64,000 bases of DNA from Octopus vulgaris (lineage: Eukaryota), in contig OX597818.1 of the NCBI GenBank assembly GCA_951406725.2, positions 79,050,001 through 79,114,000 of the forward strand, read 5' to 3'. Shown here one piece after another: positions 1-15,295 of this stretch (its first letter is position 1; the number at the start of each line of letters is the position of its first letter). The translations under genes were made by a program, and so were the position numbers. Under the pieces are notes generated by a model that saw only the letters and a list, made by a program, of their open reading frames with translations, was not told the origin of the DNA and searched no databases.

Positions 1-429
1 CCCGTAGCTTTGCCATAATAATATAATAGATAGGTTGGTTGAAACAATTATATACCAAGGAAGCAATTCATCTGTTTTTCGGTGAAATTGTCTTGCTGCA
101 AAATTTCCTATGCGGCCCAAAATCCTGAGACGAATTTTCGTGCAGCAAAAATGCTTGCGGCAAACCTTCCGTATTTACCTTCATGTATAGTACTGAGCTG
201 CATGATGTTTCGAGCGAATATAATTCTTTTATAGCCTCGTTGTAACTCAAACTTTATAATAGAAATTGGGTTGAAGGACTTGTTGGCGGGCAATTCAAAT
301 GGAATACCTTTATCACACACTGTCTTACTGATTCTGCTTAAGTGTTACGTTAAAGTTACATATATCTGTGGAATACTCAGCTGCTTACATATTTCAGGTA
401 ATCAAATGACGGAGATCAACAAGTACTAA

Positions 430-565
430 TTGTGTGGTTAAGAAGTACTTTCTGCAACTATACAGTTTCATGTTCAATCTCAGTTGCACAACATTATGGG
501 CACCATAGCCTCGGGTCAACTAAAGTCTCGAGAGTGAAATTTAGAAGACGGATGTTGTACGGAAG
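430..565 (+). mobile_element. SINE family A, degenerate 5' part
   Basis: gtgtggttaagaag...atagcctcgggtcaactaaagtc...gagtgaaatt resembles the family A copies at 2445 and 49655. Confidence 0.6.
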
Positions 566-760
566 ACCATTACTGGCATTCAGGCCATACGTCCAGTTTA
601 GAGATAACTTCTTTCATACTACCACCTTCTGTAGAACACAAAAATGTTATATCTGTGGCTCATCTTCCTCTAGTCAAACCATTGGTAATCTGACAAGAAG
701 GATCTCATGATACCAATACAGTCTATAAAAGGAAGTACCTGTAATATACTGAGAGGAAAC

Positions 761-830
761 GTTTACCTCGTCTGTCATATTTACCTCGTCTGTCATATTT
801 ACCTCGTCTGTCATATTTACCTCGTCTGTT
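761..830. repeat. 18-bp tandem repeat, about 4 copies (tttacctcgtctgtcata)
   Basis: Directly visible. Confidence 0.9.
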
Positions 831-1589
831 ACATTTCCCTTTACAAAGTCAGTATTGCGTCTGTGCTGAAAAGAAAATCAATGCGTATCTATTTAAATAT
901 CTGTATTTAAGATTAAAATCTTCTAAATTTGATTCGGCGAATATGAAAATTAAACTTTCAAACAGTTTTTTTCTTTCAAAGTTCAGATAAAAATCTATTT
1001 TGTTAGCTTTTTAGATTACTCTTGAGAAATGAAATATTAATTTATATATATTGAGTTTAGGATAAATTTATATATAAATAAATGAAGCATTCCAGAAGAG
1101 TTTATCATTTTAAAGTTTCTGAATTAAGCTTATTTCTTTATTTATATATTATATAACATAATAAAAATTAGAGGATGAAAATAAAAGGACGAAATACTAA
1201 ACTTGAAATTACTAAACTGGATGCGTTACATTATTTAATCTCATCTCTATATATTTTAATATTGGAGGATATCGAGTAATCTTTCATAACAGCAGCATTG
1301 ATTAACAGTAGCTGATGTAATAGTAGCCAAACTATATACTGGACTATCGTATCGATTATATCAACGAGCAGAAAGAAATCGAAAGGTTTGTATTTAATAC
1401 AAAATAACTATAATAAAGTTAAGCATGTTGACAGTAAAATAGCACACAACATATTTTACAATTTTTTGGAAGATAGGAATATATCAATGTGTGTATGTTT
1501 GTGTGTGTGTATGTGTGCAAATTTATATACATACAGGCACAGGACTGTATGCGTAGATCTATTCCCTGTGTTGATTTTTGGCGAGTCGG

Positions 1590-2300
1590 ACGGAATTTTT
1601 TGTGTTGCTTGTCAGTGGAAGTTATACCGGTAGAGACAATGTATTCAGACCTTAGCGGGCCTGAGCTGTCTTCAGCGGAGGTGGAGCTTGTGAAGGCGGT
1701 GGAAAAAATGGATAAAATATTAGAAAAAAACAGAGTTTTGCTGAGACTTCGGAGGTGAAGAGAAGGGAAGTGTACCTGGCTAGATTGAAGGAGTATGGCA
1801 AGATGACACAGAGGGTGGGCGGCGACGTGAAATTGTCGCCCCCTAAAAGAATCATGGAGTACATGGAGAAAAACTCCATCACCTACAACATGCACTCTTT
1901 GGAGAACAAGCAGGTTAAACAGGTGGAAGCGGCAAAAATAGAAAATGTACTGAGGAAATAATCGAGCCAAATTATGTATATAACAACAGGAAGCAAATAC
2001 GAGACTGTGGTTGTCCAGTCTAGGACAGTAGAAGAGGCGAGAGGGCTGGCGAGTGTAGCAGCGAGGGCGGAGGAAGTGGTACTTATGCCCACGTATCTTG
2101 GAAGAAAGACTGCCACGGTGAGGGTGGAAAGAATCCTATCCGATATGGAGGTGGCTTGGATTGCGGCAGCCGGCCTCGTTGGAAGTGAGGAGGTGGCTGT
2201 CCTCCAAGCCACGGAAACGGAGGAAGGAGGATGGAGAGGAAAAACACTGGACCTCATTATACAGGCAGAGGAGAGGTGTTACTCAATGTGGGGTGAGTAA
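1590..2300 (+). pseudogene. Frameshifted ORF1-like remnant of a non-LTR (L1/Tx1-type) element
   Basis: GC-richer island with successive ORFs 1489-1758, 1755-1961 and 1974-2300 (LMPTYLGRKTATVRVERILSDMEVAWI); family assignment is by resemblance only. Confidence 0.4.
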
Positions 2301-2444
2301 CACATTTTTCATATTCTCATTTTCAAGGTTTCATTCATGTTATCATAACTTTAATATTTTAATTTTTTTCATGTTAATTATCATATTTTATTTTTATATA
2401 TTTTTAATTTTTTATGTTCCCACATATTTTGTAGTGTCCCCTTA

Positions 2445-2846
2445 TCAACCACATGGTTCCGAGTTTAGTCCCACTGCGTGGCACCTTGAGCAAGTGTATT
2501 CTACTATAGCTTCGGGCTGACCAAAGCCTTGTGAGTAGATTTGCTACATGGAAACTGAAAGAAGCTCGTCGTGTGTGTATATATATAACTATATATATGT
2601 GCGTGTGTGCATGTGTACGTTTGTGTGTATGACTGTGTGTCTGTGTTCGTCCCCCACCACCAACATTGCTGTACAACCGATGCTGGTGCGTTTACGTCCC
2701 CGTAACCTGGCAGTTCGGCAAAACAGTCCGATAGAATAAGTACTAGGCTTACAAAGAATAAATTCTGGAATCGATTTGCTCGACTAAAGGCGGTGGTCCA
2801 GCATGGACGTAGTCAAATAACTGAAACAGGCAAAAGAATAAAAGAA
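2445..2846 (+). mobile_element. SINE family A (internal TG/TA tract; tail ...ccagcatggNcgNagtcaaatNactgaaac)
   Basis: Multiple homologous copies in this window. Confidence 0.85.
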
Positions 2847-2886
2847 TATACATACATACGTATATATACATACACACACACACACA

Positions 2887-2932
<46 letters not shown>

Positions 2933-2939
<7 letters not shown>

Positions 2940-3735
2940 ATTTAGGAATGGTCATATTGCCAGTTTAGACAATAAAAACACACGCACTATGTATTTGGTG
3001 TTAATTTGGTTCAGCTTTATTTATTTTTTACATTAATCTTAATCTTATTTCGGCCAGAGTTCTTTCGTCACACTTCTGTAACCTCATCAGTGGTCCTTTG
3101 CTTTCTTCTTTCTTATTTGTGTGTCTCTCCTTACTAACGATCAGCCATTTTGTATTTTGCATTTTTATTGTATGTCTTTATTTGCGCATGCGTATACCTC
3201 TATGTGTGTCTATGTTTAGTTAGTGTGTGTGTAGGGGGTGGGGAAGTGCCTGTATTATATGTATCTTCTGTTTATACACGTTCGTGTAATTTGATTTTGT
3301 TTATTTTGTTCATATGTTTATATCTACTTATTATTTTTTTGTATTTAATTAAATCATTTAAAAAAAATTTTGTTAATGTATATAATTATTTAATTCCATT
3401 TGTTTATCTTTGCATTTTATTATGTTTTGTTTATATTGTTATCAGTTTATGGGGATCTTATTCTGTCATATGCCAGCGTTCCATTCCAGTTTCCTATTCA
3501 GGCAAGATTTATCTTCTATTACGTGTGTAGCTTCTGTAATTTGTCTAATTGTTGCGTCTGTTCTATGTGTTGACAAGATTTTAACTTCTATGTTGTTGAG
3601 TAAGACCCCGTGTTCCTGCTCGGCGTGCTGGTACAGAACCGATGAGCTCTTTTCCTTAATTTCCCTCCAATGTCCATTTACCCGGTCTCCTATGCTCCGT
3701 GCCGTTTCCCTTATGTACGTCGTTGTCTTGTTACT
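2933..3735 (-). mobile_element. Penelope-like element, 3' fragment (GIY-YIG C-terminus plus 3' UTR/pLTR), ending at (TA)n
   Basis: Minus frame not in the ORF track reads YIRETARSIGDRVNGHWREIKEKSSSVLYQHAEQEHG...IRQITEATHVIEDKSCLNRKLEW (about 3735-3470); hammerhead downstream. Confidence 0.8.
3052..3096 (-). ncRNA. Minimal type-I hammerhead ribozyme
   Basis: ggacca CTGATGA G GTTACA-GAAG-TGTGAC GAAA GAAC TC tggcc. Confidence 0.75.
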
Positions 3736-4262
3736 TTAACATGAAATAACTTCGTAAATATAAGTTTTTCTCAAAAATGCTAAGAATGAAAGATGTTTTA
3801 TATGAGACATACTACTAGTGTCCGAAGTTTGAAAGTGTTTAGTTACAAAAAATAATTTTTTAAATCTGTAGGTCAAAAGGTAAAGATCCAAATCTTTCCT
3901 TATACGATTAGGCTGTCAGATATATTCGTTAATGCTTGACATTTTCTTTTCATCCTTTCCAATGTTGTTTTTATCGTGATTTTTTATGTTTTTATTTTGT
4001 AGCTCTAATCTTCCATAACAATTTTTGTTTATTGATTATGCAATTTGTATAAATTCTACCTTTATCGATTATGAAATTTGAATATATTTTACCTCTTTTC
4101 AAACATTTGACGAGGGAATGTCAAGTAGAAAAGGAACGAACAAGTTTATGTGACAACCCACAATTTGAAGCTCTGAACAAAACTATTTTTCTCGGATTCT
4201 ACAGTTATACTTTGTAACTTTGATGAAATTTGAATGGTTAATTATTTCGTTTGGTATCAGTA

Positions 4263-4460
4263 AAGGAGGTGAGCTAGCAGTATCGTCAGTATGCTGGGCA
4301 AAACGTTTAGTTGCATTTCGCCGTCTTAAGGTTCTGAGTTCAAATTCCACCGTGGTCGACATTCGGGGTTGATAAAATAAGTACCAGTTGAGCACTGGAG
4401 TTGATGTAATCGATTTACCCCCTCTCATGACATTAATGGGTGCCAAAATCTGAAACTAAT
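4263..4460 (+). mobile_element. SINE family B (aggcggcgagctggcag... head)
   Basis: gagttcaaattcc B-box-like motif; many copies in the window. Confidence 0.8.
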
Positions 4461-4664
4461 ATCAGCAAACTCAGTTTGCTATCATTGGGATTTAGCTGTT
4501 ATAAACAGCTAACTTAATAAAAAAAAGGGAGATAAGCATAGTGAAGTGCTGGTTATAATGAGTATTAAGGAAATTTGAGTTGGTGATGGTGATGAGAATA
4601 TCATAATCAGAGGTCTACTCGAAAATATCTAACTTTAGGCTAAACAACCAGATCAAACTGGATA

Positions 4665-5046
4665 TATTTAATAATATCTGGCAGTTTGTCTGTGCGTTTT
4701 CTGTGTGTCTGTTTTCTCGTACCCTCACTCTGACCACGGCTTTCAACCGATTCTGATGAAACTTGACACACACATAGCCCAATGTCATAATTCAAAACTA
4801 ACGCAGCGAAAATTTTGAAAAGTTCCCCCAGTTCTGAAAAAATCGATAAATTCGACATGGGGTCGAGAATCAGAAACCCAAACCACAGACCGTCTAGGGG
4901 ACGCAACTCCACCTTTTTTAACTCTCAAAAAAATTTACCATCATTTTTTTTTCCATTTTTTTGCTATTTTTTGGCTATAACTCTCTAAAAATGCTTTATA
5001 GTTATTTCCCTTACAAACCTGAGCAACGCCGGGCGATACTGCTAGT
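4665..5046 (+). mobile_element. Non-autonomous Helitron-like element
   Basis: 5' tctgtg-rich tract; 3' hairpin cctgagcaacgccggg followed by CTAGT. Confidence 0.6.
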
Positions 5047-6006
5047 ATTTAATAATATCTGGACCAATTTTAATATTATCACGAGAATCATGAAAGATTA
5101 CTCTGAATTAAATATACCCAAAACCGATCTCTTGCATGGTATCTAAGTTTTTGTCTTTTAATATTAAGTTGTCTATCCTTTGAACTTGGCGATTTATGAC
5201 CCTAGCCATTGTCCTATTGACAAATTAGCTTTAAGTTCTTAAATGCACAATGGACTAACGTTTGTGTTCCTTTCTTTGTAGTTATAATTTTGTAAGTATA
5301 TCTATGTGACTAAATCTACATACAGAGCTAACAATGTAGCTTGGAGCAGATGCTATTGGTTTTCTTCTAAATCACAGACCATTATTTTATGACAGACTCT
5401 CTTATCCACCCCTATTAATGGAAGTACTAGACTCGAGTGGAGGCCCTAGATTCGTTCACAGTGAGATGTTTACTACTGCAGAAAGTTCATTTCCGAAGTT
5501 CGTTTGGTGTTGATGGCTGCTTGAATGTCATATTATGGTGAAGGCGTGTCGAAATTTAGCGGATGATTTCTGATACGATTTAATCTGAAATCCCCCTGCC
5601 TTAAGGCAGAAGTGTTGCTTAGGCCCAGGTTAGCCCTAGCTGAATACACCTATAATAAAAGGCGTCTATGTATATCTTGTGTTCTTTTCAGACATATTGT
5701 ATCTTGTACTATATTACAAGATCTGACGAGATAATAGAAGAGTAAGATTTACTTACAATTTCAAGCAAATGGAGATACCATTTAATGATTTGAGTTACAT
5801 AATGTTGTTACTTGCTGACACACAGACTATATGTTTCCATCTTTTATTTGTAACTGTATTAAACCCTTTATTGCAATATTTGTTAGAACTTGGATCCAAA
5901 TGAAATTTCATGAATGTTAACTTGTCTATTAACTCAATTATTGGTTTCTAAATATTGCACAAGGCTAGTAGTTTTGAGGAGTTAGTCAATACCGTCTACC
6001 CTATGA

Positions 6007-6310
6007 CTCAGTTGTTAGAGTGTCGGGTTTACAATCATGCGGTACTGAGTTCGATTCCCGGACTGGGCTGTGTGTTGTGTTCTTGAGCAAGACACTTTAT
6101 TTCACGTTGCTCCAGTTCCCTCATCTGTAGAAATGAGTTGCGACGTTACTGGTGCCAGGCTGTATCGACGTTTGACTTTCCTTTGGATAAAATCGGTGGT
6201 GAGAAGGGAAGCTGGCATGCATAGGTGACTGCCGGTCTTCCATAAACAGCCTTGCCCTGACTTGTGCCACGGAGGGAACTTTCTAGATGCAATCCTATGG
6301 TCATTCATTA
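6007..6310 (+). mobile_element. tRNA-derived SINE family C
   Basis: B box gagttcgattccc, core gtgttcttgagcaagacac; second copy at 48868. Confidence 0.85.
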
Positions 6311-6315
6311 CTTTA

Positions 6316-6470
6316 CTAGTACTTGACTGGTATTTTATTCTTAATCAACCTTGAAAAGATAAAGGGCAAATTTAATCTTGGCGGTGTATTAACTCAGAAC
6401 GCAAAGAGCCGGAAGAAAATACCGCATGGTATTTTTTCGATGCTCTGACGATTCTGCTAGCTTACAGCTT
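6316..6470 (-). mobile_element. SINE family B, degenerate
   Basis: Homologous to the 25731 copy. Confidence 0.6.
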
Positions 6471-7033
6471 TTATAGAATCAATTAATAGATGTAAGTGTA
6501 TTTCGCTTCAGTCTTTTATGTCGTGGTTCAAATCAATCAAGGGCTCAGTAAAATAAAAAAATATCAATATTACTGTGTTGCATCGTACATTTTTCCTCCT
6601 TTGGTGATTACCCTTGCGACTAATCAATGCAAAAATCGCATGTTTTACATTAAATAAATGTTAAGTTGAATAATTAGTTTCTGGTTCAACAAACGAATTT
6701 GTTCTTTTAGTTCTTTCTCTATATTTTAAAAATCATTTATAATGTTTGTAAGAAATATATTTCTTCACAAAGAAAAGGGCATTAAGCAAGGTTGACTGAA
6801 TTAGTAATTAACTTGCGCGTGAATTTGACGCAAAACAATATTGATTTATTTCAGCAACGAAATTGACGAATATGTTTTTTCCTGACGTTCGCCAACAATT
6901 GAAAGCTAGATTTAAAAGGAAATAATGTTATAATAACTGTTTAAACATCAAAGCAAAGCTAACGTGATTTAATTGTCATTAAGCTATTTCTAAAATACAC
7001 TATACCCCACCCCACCCCACACGCATGCACACA

Positions 7034-7074
<41 letters not shown>

Positions 7075-7177
7075 CCTAAATAGGTGATAAATCTCAAGGA
7101 GCTCGTCGTGAAATGTGAAACTTATAGCTTGAATATTGGAAAGGAATGGTAGGAGGAAGAGAGAAAGAGAGAGAGAG

Positions 7178-7208
<31 letters not shown>

Positions 7209-7525
7209 GGGAAGACGGAGAGTGAAATGGAAGAGGAATAGAGAGAGAGAGAAAGAGAGAGAGAGAGAGCGGGGTCTCTCACGAATGAGAGAGGGAGAGA
7301 GAGTGAGTGAGAAGGAGATAGGGTTGATTATTGAATACTCAGTGTGTTTAGTTAATTCCTATAGGATTCGGCTTTTAACGTGTGAGCTAATTATAAAACG
7401 CAATTAGATTTGGGATCTGAATTTAATAAATGAGGGAAACTTTACAAAATACTAACGTAAATATATATTATTTTATTCTTTTACTTCTTACGGTCTTTTC
7501 ACTGTGGCCATGCTGAAGTAGTATT

Positions 7526-9399
<1,874 letters not shown>

Positions 9400-9442
9400 C
9401 ATAATCTGTGAAGTAGACACATGTATGCATGTCTATTTATAC

Positions 9443-9624
9443 CTTTTGCTTGCTTCAGTCATCAGATTGCGGCCATGCTGGAACACTGCCATGAAGAACT
9501 TTTAGACCCCAGTACTTACTTTTCTTTTTAAGCTTGATACTTATTATATCGGTTACCTTTTGGCGAAGGCCTGTGTTAAAGGAACGTAACTTGTCAAGCA
9601 GTTACACACACACATAGTATATAT

Positions 9625-9683
<59 letters not shown>

Positions 9684-9848
9684 CAGTGCAGGTTTCTTTC
9701 AGTTTCTGTCGACGAAATTCACTCACATGGCTTTGGTCAGCCAGAGGCTATAGTAGAAGTCACTTGCCTAAGGCGCTGCGAGTGCGACTGAAACTGGAAG
9801 CACGTGGTAGGGAAGCAAGCTTCTTACCACACAGTCACACCGACGCCT
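9443..9848 (-). mobile_element. SINE family A
   Basis: Homology to other copies. Confidence 0.8.
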
Positions 9849-10596
9849 GGGAGCGATTCATTCGGCTAAAAATTCAAGGCAGTGCTCCAGCATGGCCGAA
9901 GCCCAATGACTGACACAAGTAAGATATAAAAAGAGATAATATATTTTTATATATATATATATATATATATACTCACACACATATATATATCTATATATCT
10001 ATATATGCAGAGAAAGAGAGAGAGATGCGTTTATATAAAGATACACAGATATATACGCGCATGCATACATACACAAGTGTAGACCTCTCTAACTTATATA
10101 TGTATGTTTGTATTCTTTGTGTTTATGTAGGATTCTGATGGTTTCAAGGCCAGTAGTTTTTGAGAAGGAAATCGATTATATCGAAACCAGTTTATTACTG
10201 GTACTCAAAGTCGACCTAGGCGCATTTGAACGGAGAACGTAAGGAAGGACGAAATGCTTTTAAGCATTTTGTCCAGCGTGCTGGACGAATCGCCGCCTGA
10301 TTTCGGATTGTAATTGTAATAAAAGCAATTTTACATTACATTGAAGTATTACTCAGTAATTTTTGTAGTATACATTTGATACTTTTACAAGAAGTGTGGT
10401 GACGGCAATTTCGAAGCTTCGGCGTGCTAACCTTCATCAGACTTCGTAGGGCATTTGCATGAAAGGTAGCAGACAGAAACTTTGAAGTTTCTGTCATCAC
10501 TACTCTTATTGTAAATATATATACACTAGCGGAATTACCCGGTAATACCCGGAAAAGCAGGGGTTGTTTCCAGTTCCCATTCCTTATTTCTTTACT

Positions 10597-10819
10597 GCCC
10601 ACAAGAAGCTACACACAGAGGGAGCAAATAAGGACAGACAAAGGGATTAAGTCGATGACATCAATCCCAGTGCGTAACTGGTACTTACTTATTTAATCGA
10701 TCCCGAAAGGATGAAAGACAAAGTCGACCTCGGCGGAATTTGAACTCGGAACGTAGCGGCAGACGAAATACCGCTAAGCATTTCGCCTGGGGTGCTAACG
10801 TTTCTGCCAGCTCGCCGCC
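10597..10819 (-). mobile_element. SINE family B nested in a Helitron-like remnant (about 10525-10910)
   Basis: Well-preserved family B copy; ccagttcccattcct occurs on both sides. Confidence 0.75.
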
Positions 10820-11411
10820 AGTTCCCATTCCTATTACACTGTTTCATGTCCTATCCTGTTCCCGTTTTAGTTCCGATCCCATTCCTATCCCCAATCTTTT
10901 GTCAATATATAAATTTTAGAATCAGTTAGGTTTAATGAAGCCATTATATATTTTACTAACATTTATGGTTATAGTTTATTGCTAAAAATAGGTATTACAA
11001 ACTATTAATACGATTAGTGGGTGAATAAGGAATGTCCCTATGTTATTTTAACAAACGAATATGCATCTGAGTAAAATAAATTAGATAGATAGATATATTT
11101 GCAAATAAGTTGTAAAATCGTCCGCGTATTATAGCTGGCGTAGTCACGTCTCGTATCTTATCGTAGCTGATTTGTAAACATAAGTTACAGCCCATTCCCC
11201 TAGAGGGCCTATTAAAGATTTTCATTGAAATCCAATTTCACCTATAATTCAATTGAATGTTAGGAGCAAATAAATAACAAAATGAGATTTACCGTGGAAA
11301 ATTATTTCAAGATACAAAATTTGAAAACTTTGACGTGATTTTAAAATCTCAAAATATGTGACAGCAACAGAGAAGACCTTACAAAAGTAGAGAGACAGAC
11401 AGTTATAGGAC

Positions 11412-11453
<42 letters not shown>

Positions 11454-11519
11454 CATATTTACAAACGTACACACAGATAATCACAAGTTTGAAATAGTAT
11501 AAGTAGACAAATGTGTGTA

Positions 11520-13237
11520 TGTCATTATTCAGTTTATTTCAAGATTTCTTGCCAATAGACAAAGAACCAGTTTCTAACCTAGATCCATTGGAATTTCAAT
11601 GTCAATAACAGGGTATTTTTGTTGAGATTTGTATGTTTTATGTATGTATTCTCTTGCATATAGTTGCATATCTAGACACACTCATATATATTTAAATGAT
11701 TAACTTCTGGTTTTACAGTCTTTTACAGTTCCAGTGATGGATTGGATCTGTAGTATTCGAATTAGCTTTTTCCATTTTGGTATTTAAGCAGTGTGTTACA
11801 TATCGCAGGGTCCCAATAATTACAGGTATAAACCTGAATTTGTAATCTGGATAGAGTAACTGCAGACTTCTCAATAGTTCAGCATAGGTGTTCTCTTTTT
11901 CACTGATCTTCAGCTAATTTCCACAACTGTGTACATTTTCTCTTCTCTATCCCAAATCATAATGTCAGGTCTGTTGTGCTTACATTTTATTGAGGTCTTC
12001 ACTGGTACATTCCAACAGTATCCCTTTTTATTATGAGTAGCTATGGCTTCTACCATATTGTAGGTTCTTATTTCTTTGTCCTCGGGAATATCCTTCCCAC
12101 AGATTTCATTATAGAGTGTCCTAGCTATAACATCATGTTTCTTCGGTAAATAAACCGTAATGACATTTTCGGACAACTGTTCATGATGTGTGAATTCCAC
12201 AAAGTCTGCATCGGCTGTGACACTTTACGGCTTTATCCGCATCTCTATCTCTTTTGTGCATCAGGTACTTGGTTGATATTTCCTGTTCCTGGATTGCAAA
12301 CGCATACCATTCAACGTGGGAACTAGTAATCCAGTTATTGCTCCATAATAAACTGCTTTGATGATCGATGTTACTATCATCCCTGAGCTTTCTAGTAACA
12401 TATTCATATATAGTCTTCTGCTCATATAGACTCACCCTTTTATCTGATGATACGTTGCGAGTTCTTAGGGCGTGTATTCCAGTTTATCAGACAAAGATTG
12501 TTGTTCAAGCAGCTGCCCTCCAAGTCTTATGATGTTATCAGCCTCATGTATGCATGCTTGGTCAGGAGATGCACTTCGACACTTGGTGGTTAAAAGATGC
12601 TACCAACGGGATATTATGCGACATTCAAAGGCATTTTGGATTCATGCTAAGCCTCTTCCTCCTTGTTTTCGTTTTATGTAGCAGCGGTCGACATCACTGT
12701 TTATGTGGAAACTACGTGTGCTTATTATTGTTCGGGTTTTCACATCAGTGGTTCGGATCTCATCAAGCGTCTAATCAAGCAGCCCAAATGTTGGTATGAG
12801 TACTGGTACTGCAAACACATTGTGGACCACTGTTTTATTGAATGCAGAGAGTTCTGAGGTCCAAATTTTCTTTATTCGACTGTATTATTCTTTAGTGACA
12901 CGTGTTTTGTTACAGGTGCTACTGTAAGATATATTTTCATCCACCCCTAGATACCTGTAACATTTCGCGTCAGTTATAGAAGAAACAGTTGAATCATTAA
13001 TGGAGAAGTTACTAGACTGGTTCATAGTTTTCCTCCTTTTCACAACCATATAAAAACATTTATCATGACTAAACTCCAATCCTACATCCTTCGAGAATAT
13101 TGTAGCTAGGTCAAAGCTCTTTTCTATCTCATGCATATTCTTTGCATAAAGTTTTAAGCAATCCACAAAGAAACTGTATAATTTTGGTATTTCTGTTTCC
13201 TTGTGAACCAGTGAGATATCCTTCAGGTTTCCTTAAC
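11520..13237 (-). pseudogene. Degenerate Dong/R4-type (restriction-like endonuclease) LINE, 3' part
   Basis: Fragments YRYLGVDENI, AIQEQEISTKY...CRLCG, NRPDIMIWDREEK...VVEIS. Confidence 0.85.
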
Positions 13238-13789
13238 ATGTATGTATGTGTGTATGTATGTATGTATGTATGTATGTATGTATGTATGTGTGTACGTACG
13301 CATGTATATATGTGTGTGTGTCTATGTGTGGGTGTTTCTTTGCGATGTACAGGAGAAAAGCCACCTACCCCTCTCTCCTTAATGCTACGTATTCCTCTCA
13401 CCCACCTTTCTGTGTGTGTGTGTGTGTTTTGTATGTATGCATTTACGGAAGTTTGTATGCAGCGTCGCATGTACGATTTATTAACGTTCCATACAATTTC
13501 CGCCTCTGTGCTTGCCTTCACTGACAGAAGTCACCCTCGCTTTGTTACTACCTCAGAATTTTGCAACTTTCTCATTTTATCAAATAACGCCCCAGGGAAG
13601 GGGGGAAGATTGTACATTTTAACTGACATCCAATTAACCAATTATTGAACTGGATATTAGTGTCACATGTATGCACAGTTTCGCGAATATTGGTTCGGTG
13701 GTTTAGACACTAAGTTCGTATCAGAGAGATGATGGACAGACAGACTGACTGGCAGACAAACAGACAGACGACAGACGGAAGTTGGCATT

Positions 13790-13840
<51 letters not shown>

Positions 13841-14346
13841 TCTCAAAGAGAGAGTGAGAAGAGTAAGAGAAACTGATAGACATAGAGGGAGAGATAATGG
13901 GAGTAGAGGGAAAAATCAATTTGAAATACCTGGAATAATTGACTTAACGGCGATCCCAATAAAGGTCAATAAAGGTAAAAGGTAAAATAACTCCAGAGAC
14001 TTGGAATACGATTGAATTCACTCACCAGCATAGTTTAATCGTTAAAAATAAGCTTCTGGTTATCGTCTACCGTGTCCCAAATACAAATATACGTTCGTTG
14101 TTATCATTTAGATTGATGTCACACGGCCTAAGTCAAATTGAGCTGTTGTCTTTTTTTTTCAGACTCTCGTCATATTGGGGCATGGCTTTGCAGGGTTTTA
14201 GTCGAACAAATCAACCTCAGAACATGTTTTAAACTGACTCTTATTCTATCGGTTACTTGTACCGACCCACTAGTTATAAGGCCGTAACAAAGCAACACCG
14301 ATTGTCAGGTAGTGTTGTGGGGGATAAACCCAAAGACACTTACACA

Positions 14347-14404
<58 letters not shown>

Positions 14405-14420
14405 TATATATATATATATA

Positions 14421-15278
14421 CAGGGTGGGTGAAAAGTAAGTAGGCATTAAAAATTGGTAATAAAATCCATATTCTTTTCACAAATTTCTTGAAACAAATT
14501 ATACATGTTCTTTATGACATGGGAAAATGAAGGTAAATTTTCATATTTCAATGTAAGCACCGGTGGCGTCAACCAATTTCCTCAAACTGTCAGGGATGGA
14601 ATGAACAACCTTATGGAGGATATTGTCCGGGATATAATTGAGAACCTCCTGAATCCGCGCCTCCAAGTCCTCCTGTGTGCGAGATTTTGTCTTGTACACC
14701 TCTTTTGTGTATCCCCACTGGTAAAAGTCACATGAAGCGAGATCTGGACTTCTTGGAGTTCCGGACTTCTGAACTTCTGCGGTGGCAGTCTTCAGGTTTT
14801 AGCTCCTGCTCGTAATGGGGTTTCCACGGATGAAAATTCAGTTCTTTACGCAACAACATACGTATTGTGTGTCTTGTTAGTCCTCTTTCACGTATTGATT
14901 TTTGCAGGCTGCGACTAAAAATTACATCCACTGTTGCCACATTCTCCGCGGATCGAGACGTGGTTGGACGGCGACGTCTTCTGGCATGACAGCATTTTAT
15001 TGTCTCCTGACGTAGTGTTGCATACTTACCTTTCCATGCACGCCACCATCTCTCAACCAAAACAATGGAATTCCACACTTTATAGCGTGCTGCTATAGCT
15101 CGTTCCTGAAGAGTCAAGCGACCGGGCATCTGGAAAATAAGAAATAAGAAATAAGACAATAAGAAAATAAGAAATACCATTAGTATTGTTTGTTTAAAAA
15201 ATGTTTCCGTCGTGACTTCAGTGATACTAAAAATTCTATAAGCAATTTCTAATGTCTAGTTACTTTCCACCGACCATG
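14421..15278 (-). mobile_element. Tc1/mariner internally deleted element
   Basis: Imperfect TIRs cagggtgggtgaaaagtaagtaggcatta / taatgtctagttactttccaccgaccatg with TA flanks; HTH-type ORF 14728-15180. Confidence 0.85.
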
Positions 15279-15295
15279 TATATATATATATATAT

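Noticed and set aside
68-345. Possible host exon or transposon ORF
   Set aside because: No recognisable motif or splice support.
761-830. CRISPR-like repeat
   Set aside because: No spacers; simple tandem repeat in eukaryotic DNA.
10412-10446. Minus-strand cgaagt CTGATGA aggttagcacgcc gaa gcttcg
   Set aside because: Stem III and the cleavage triplet are missing or unpaired; at best a decayed remnant.
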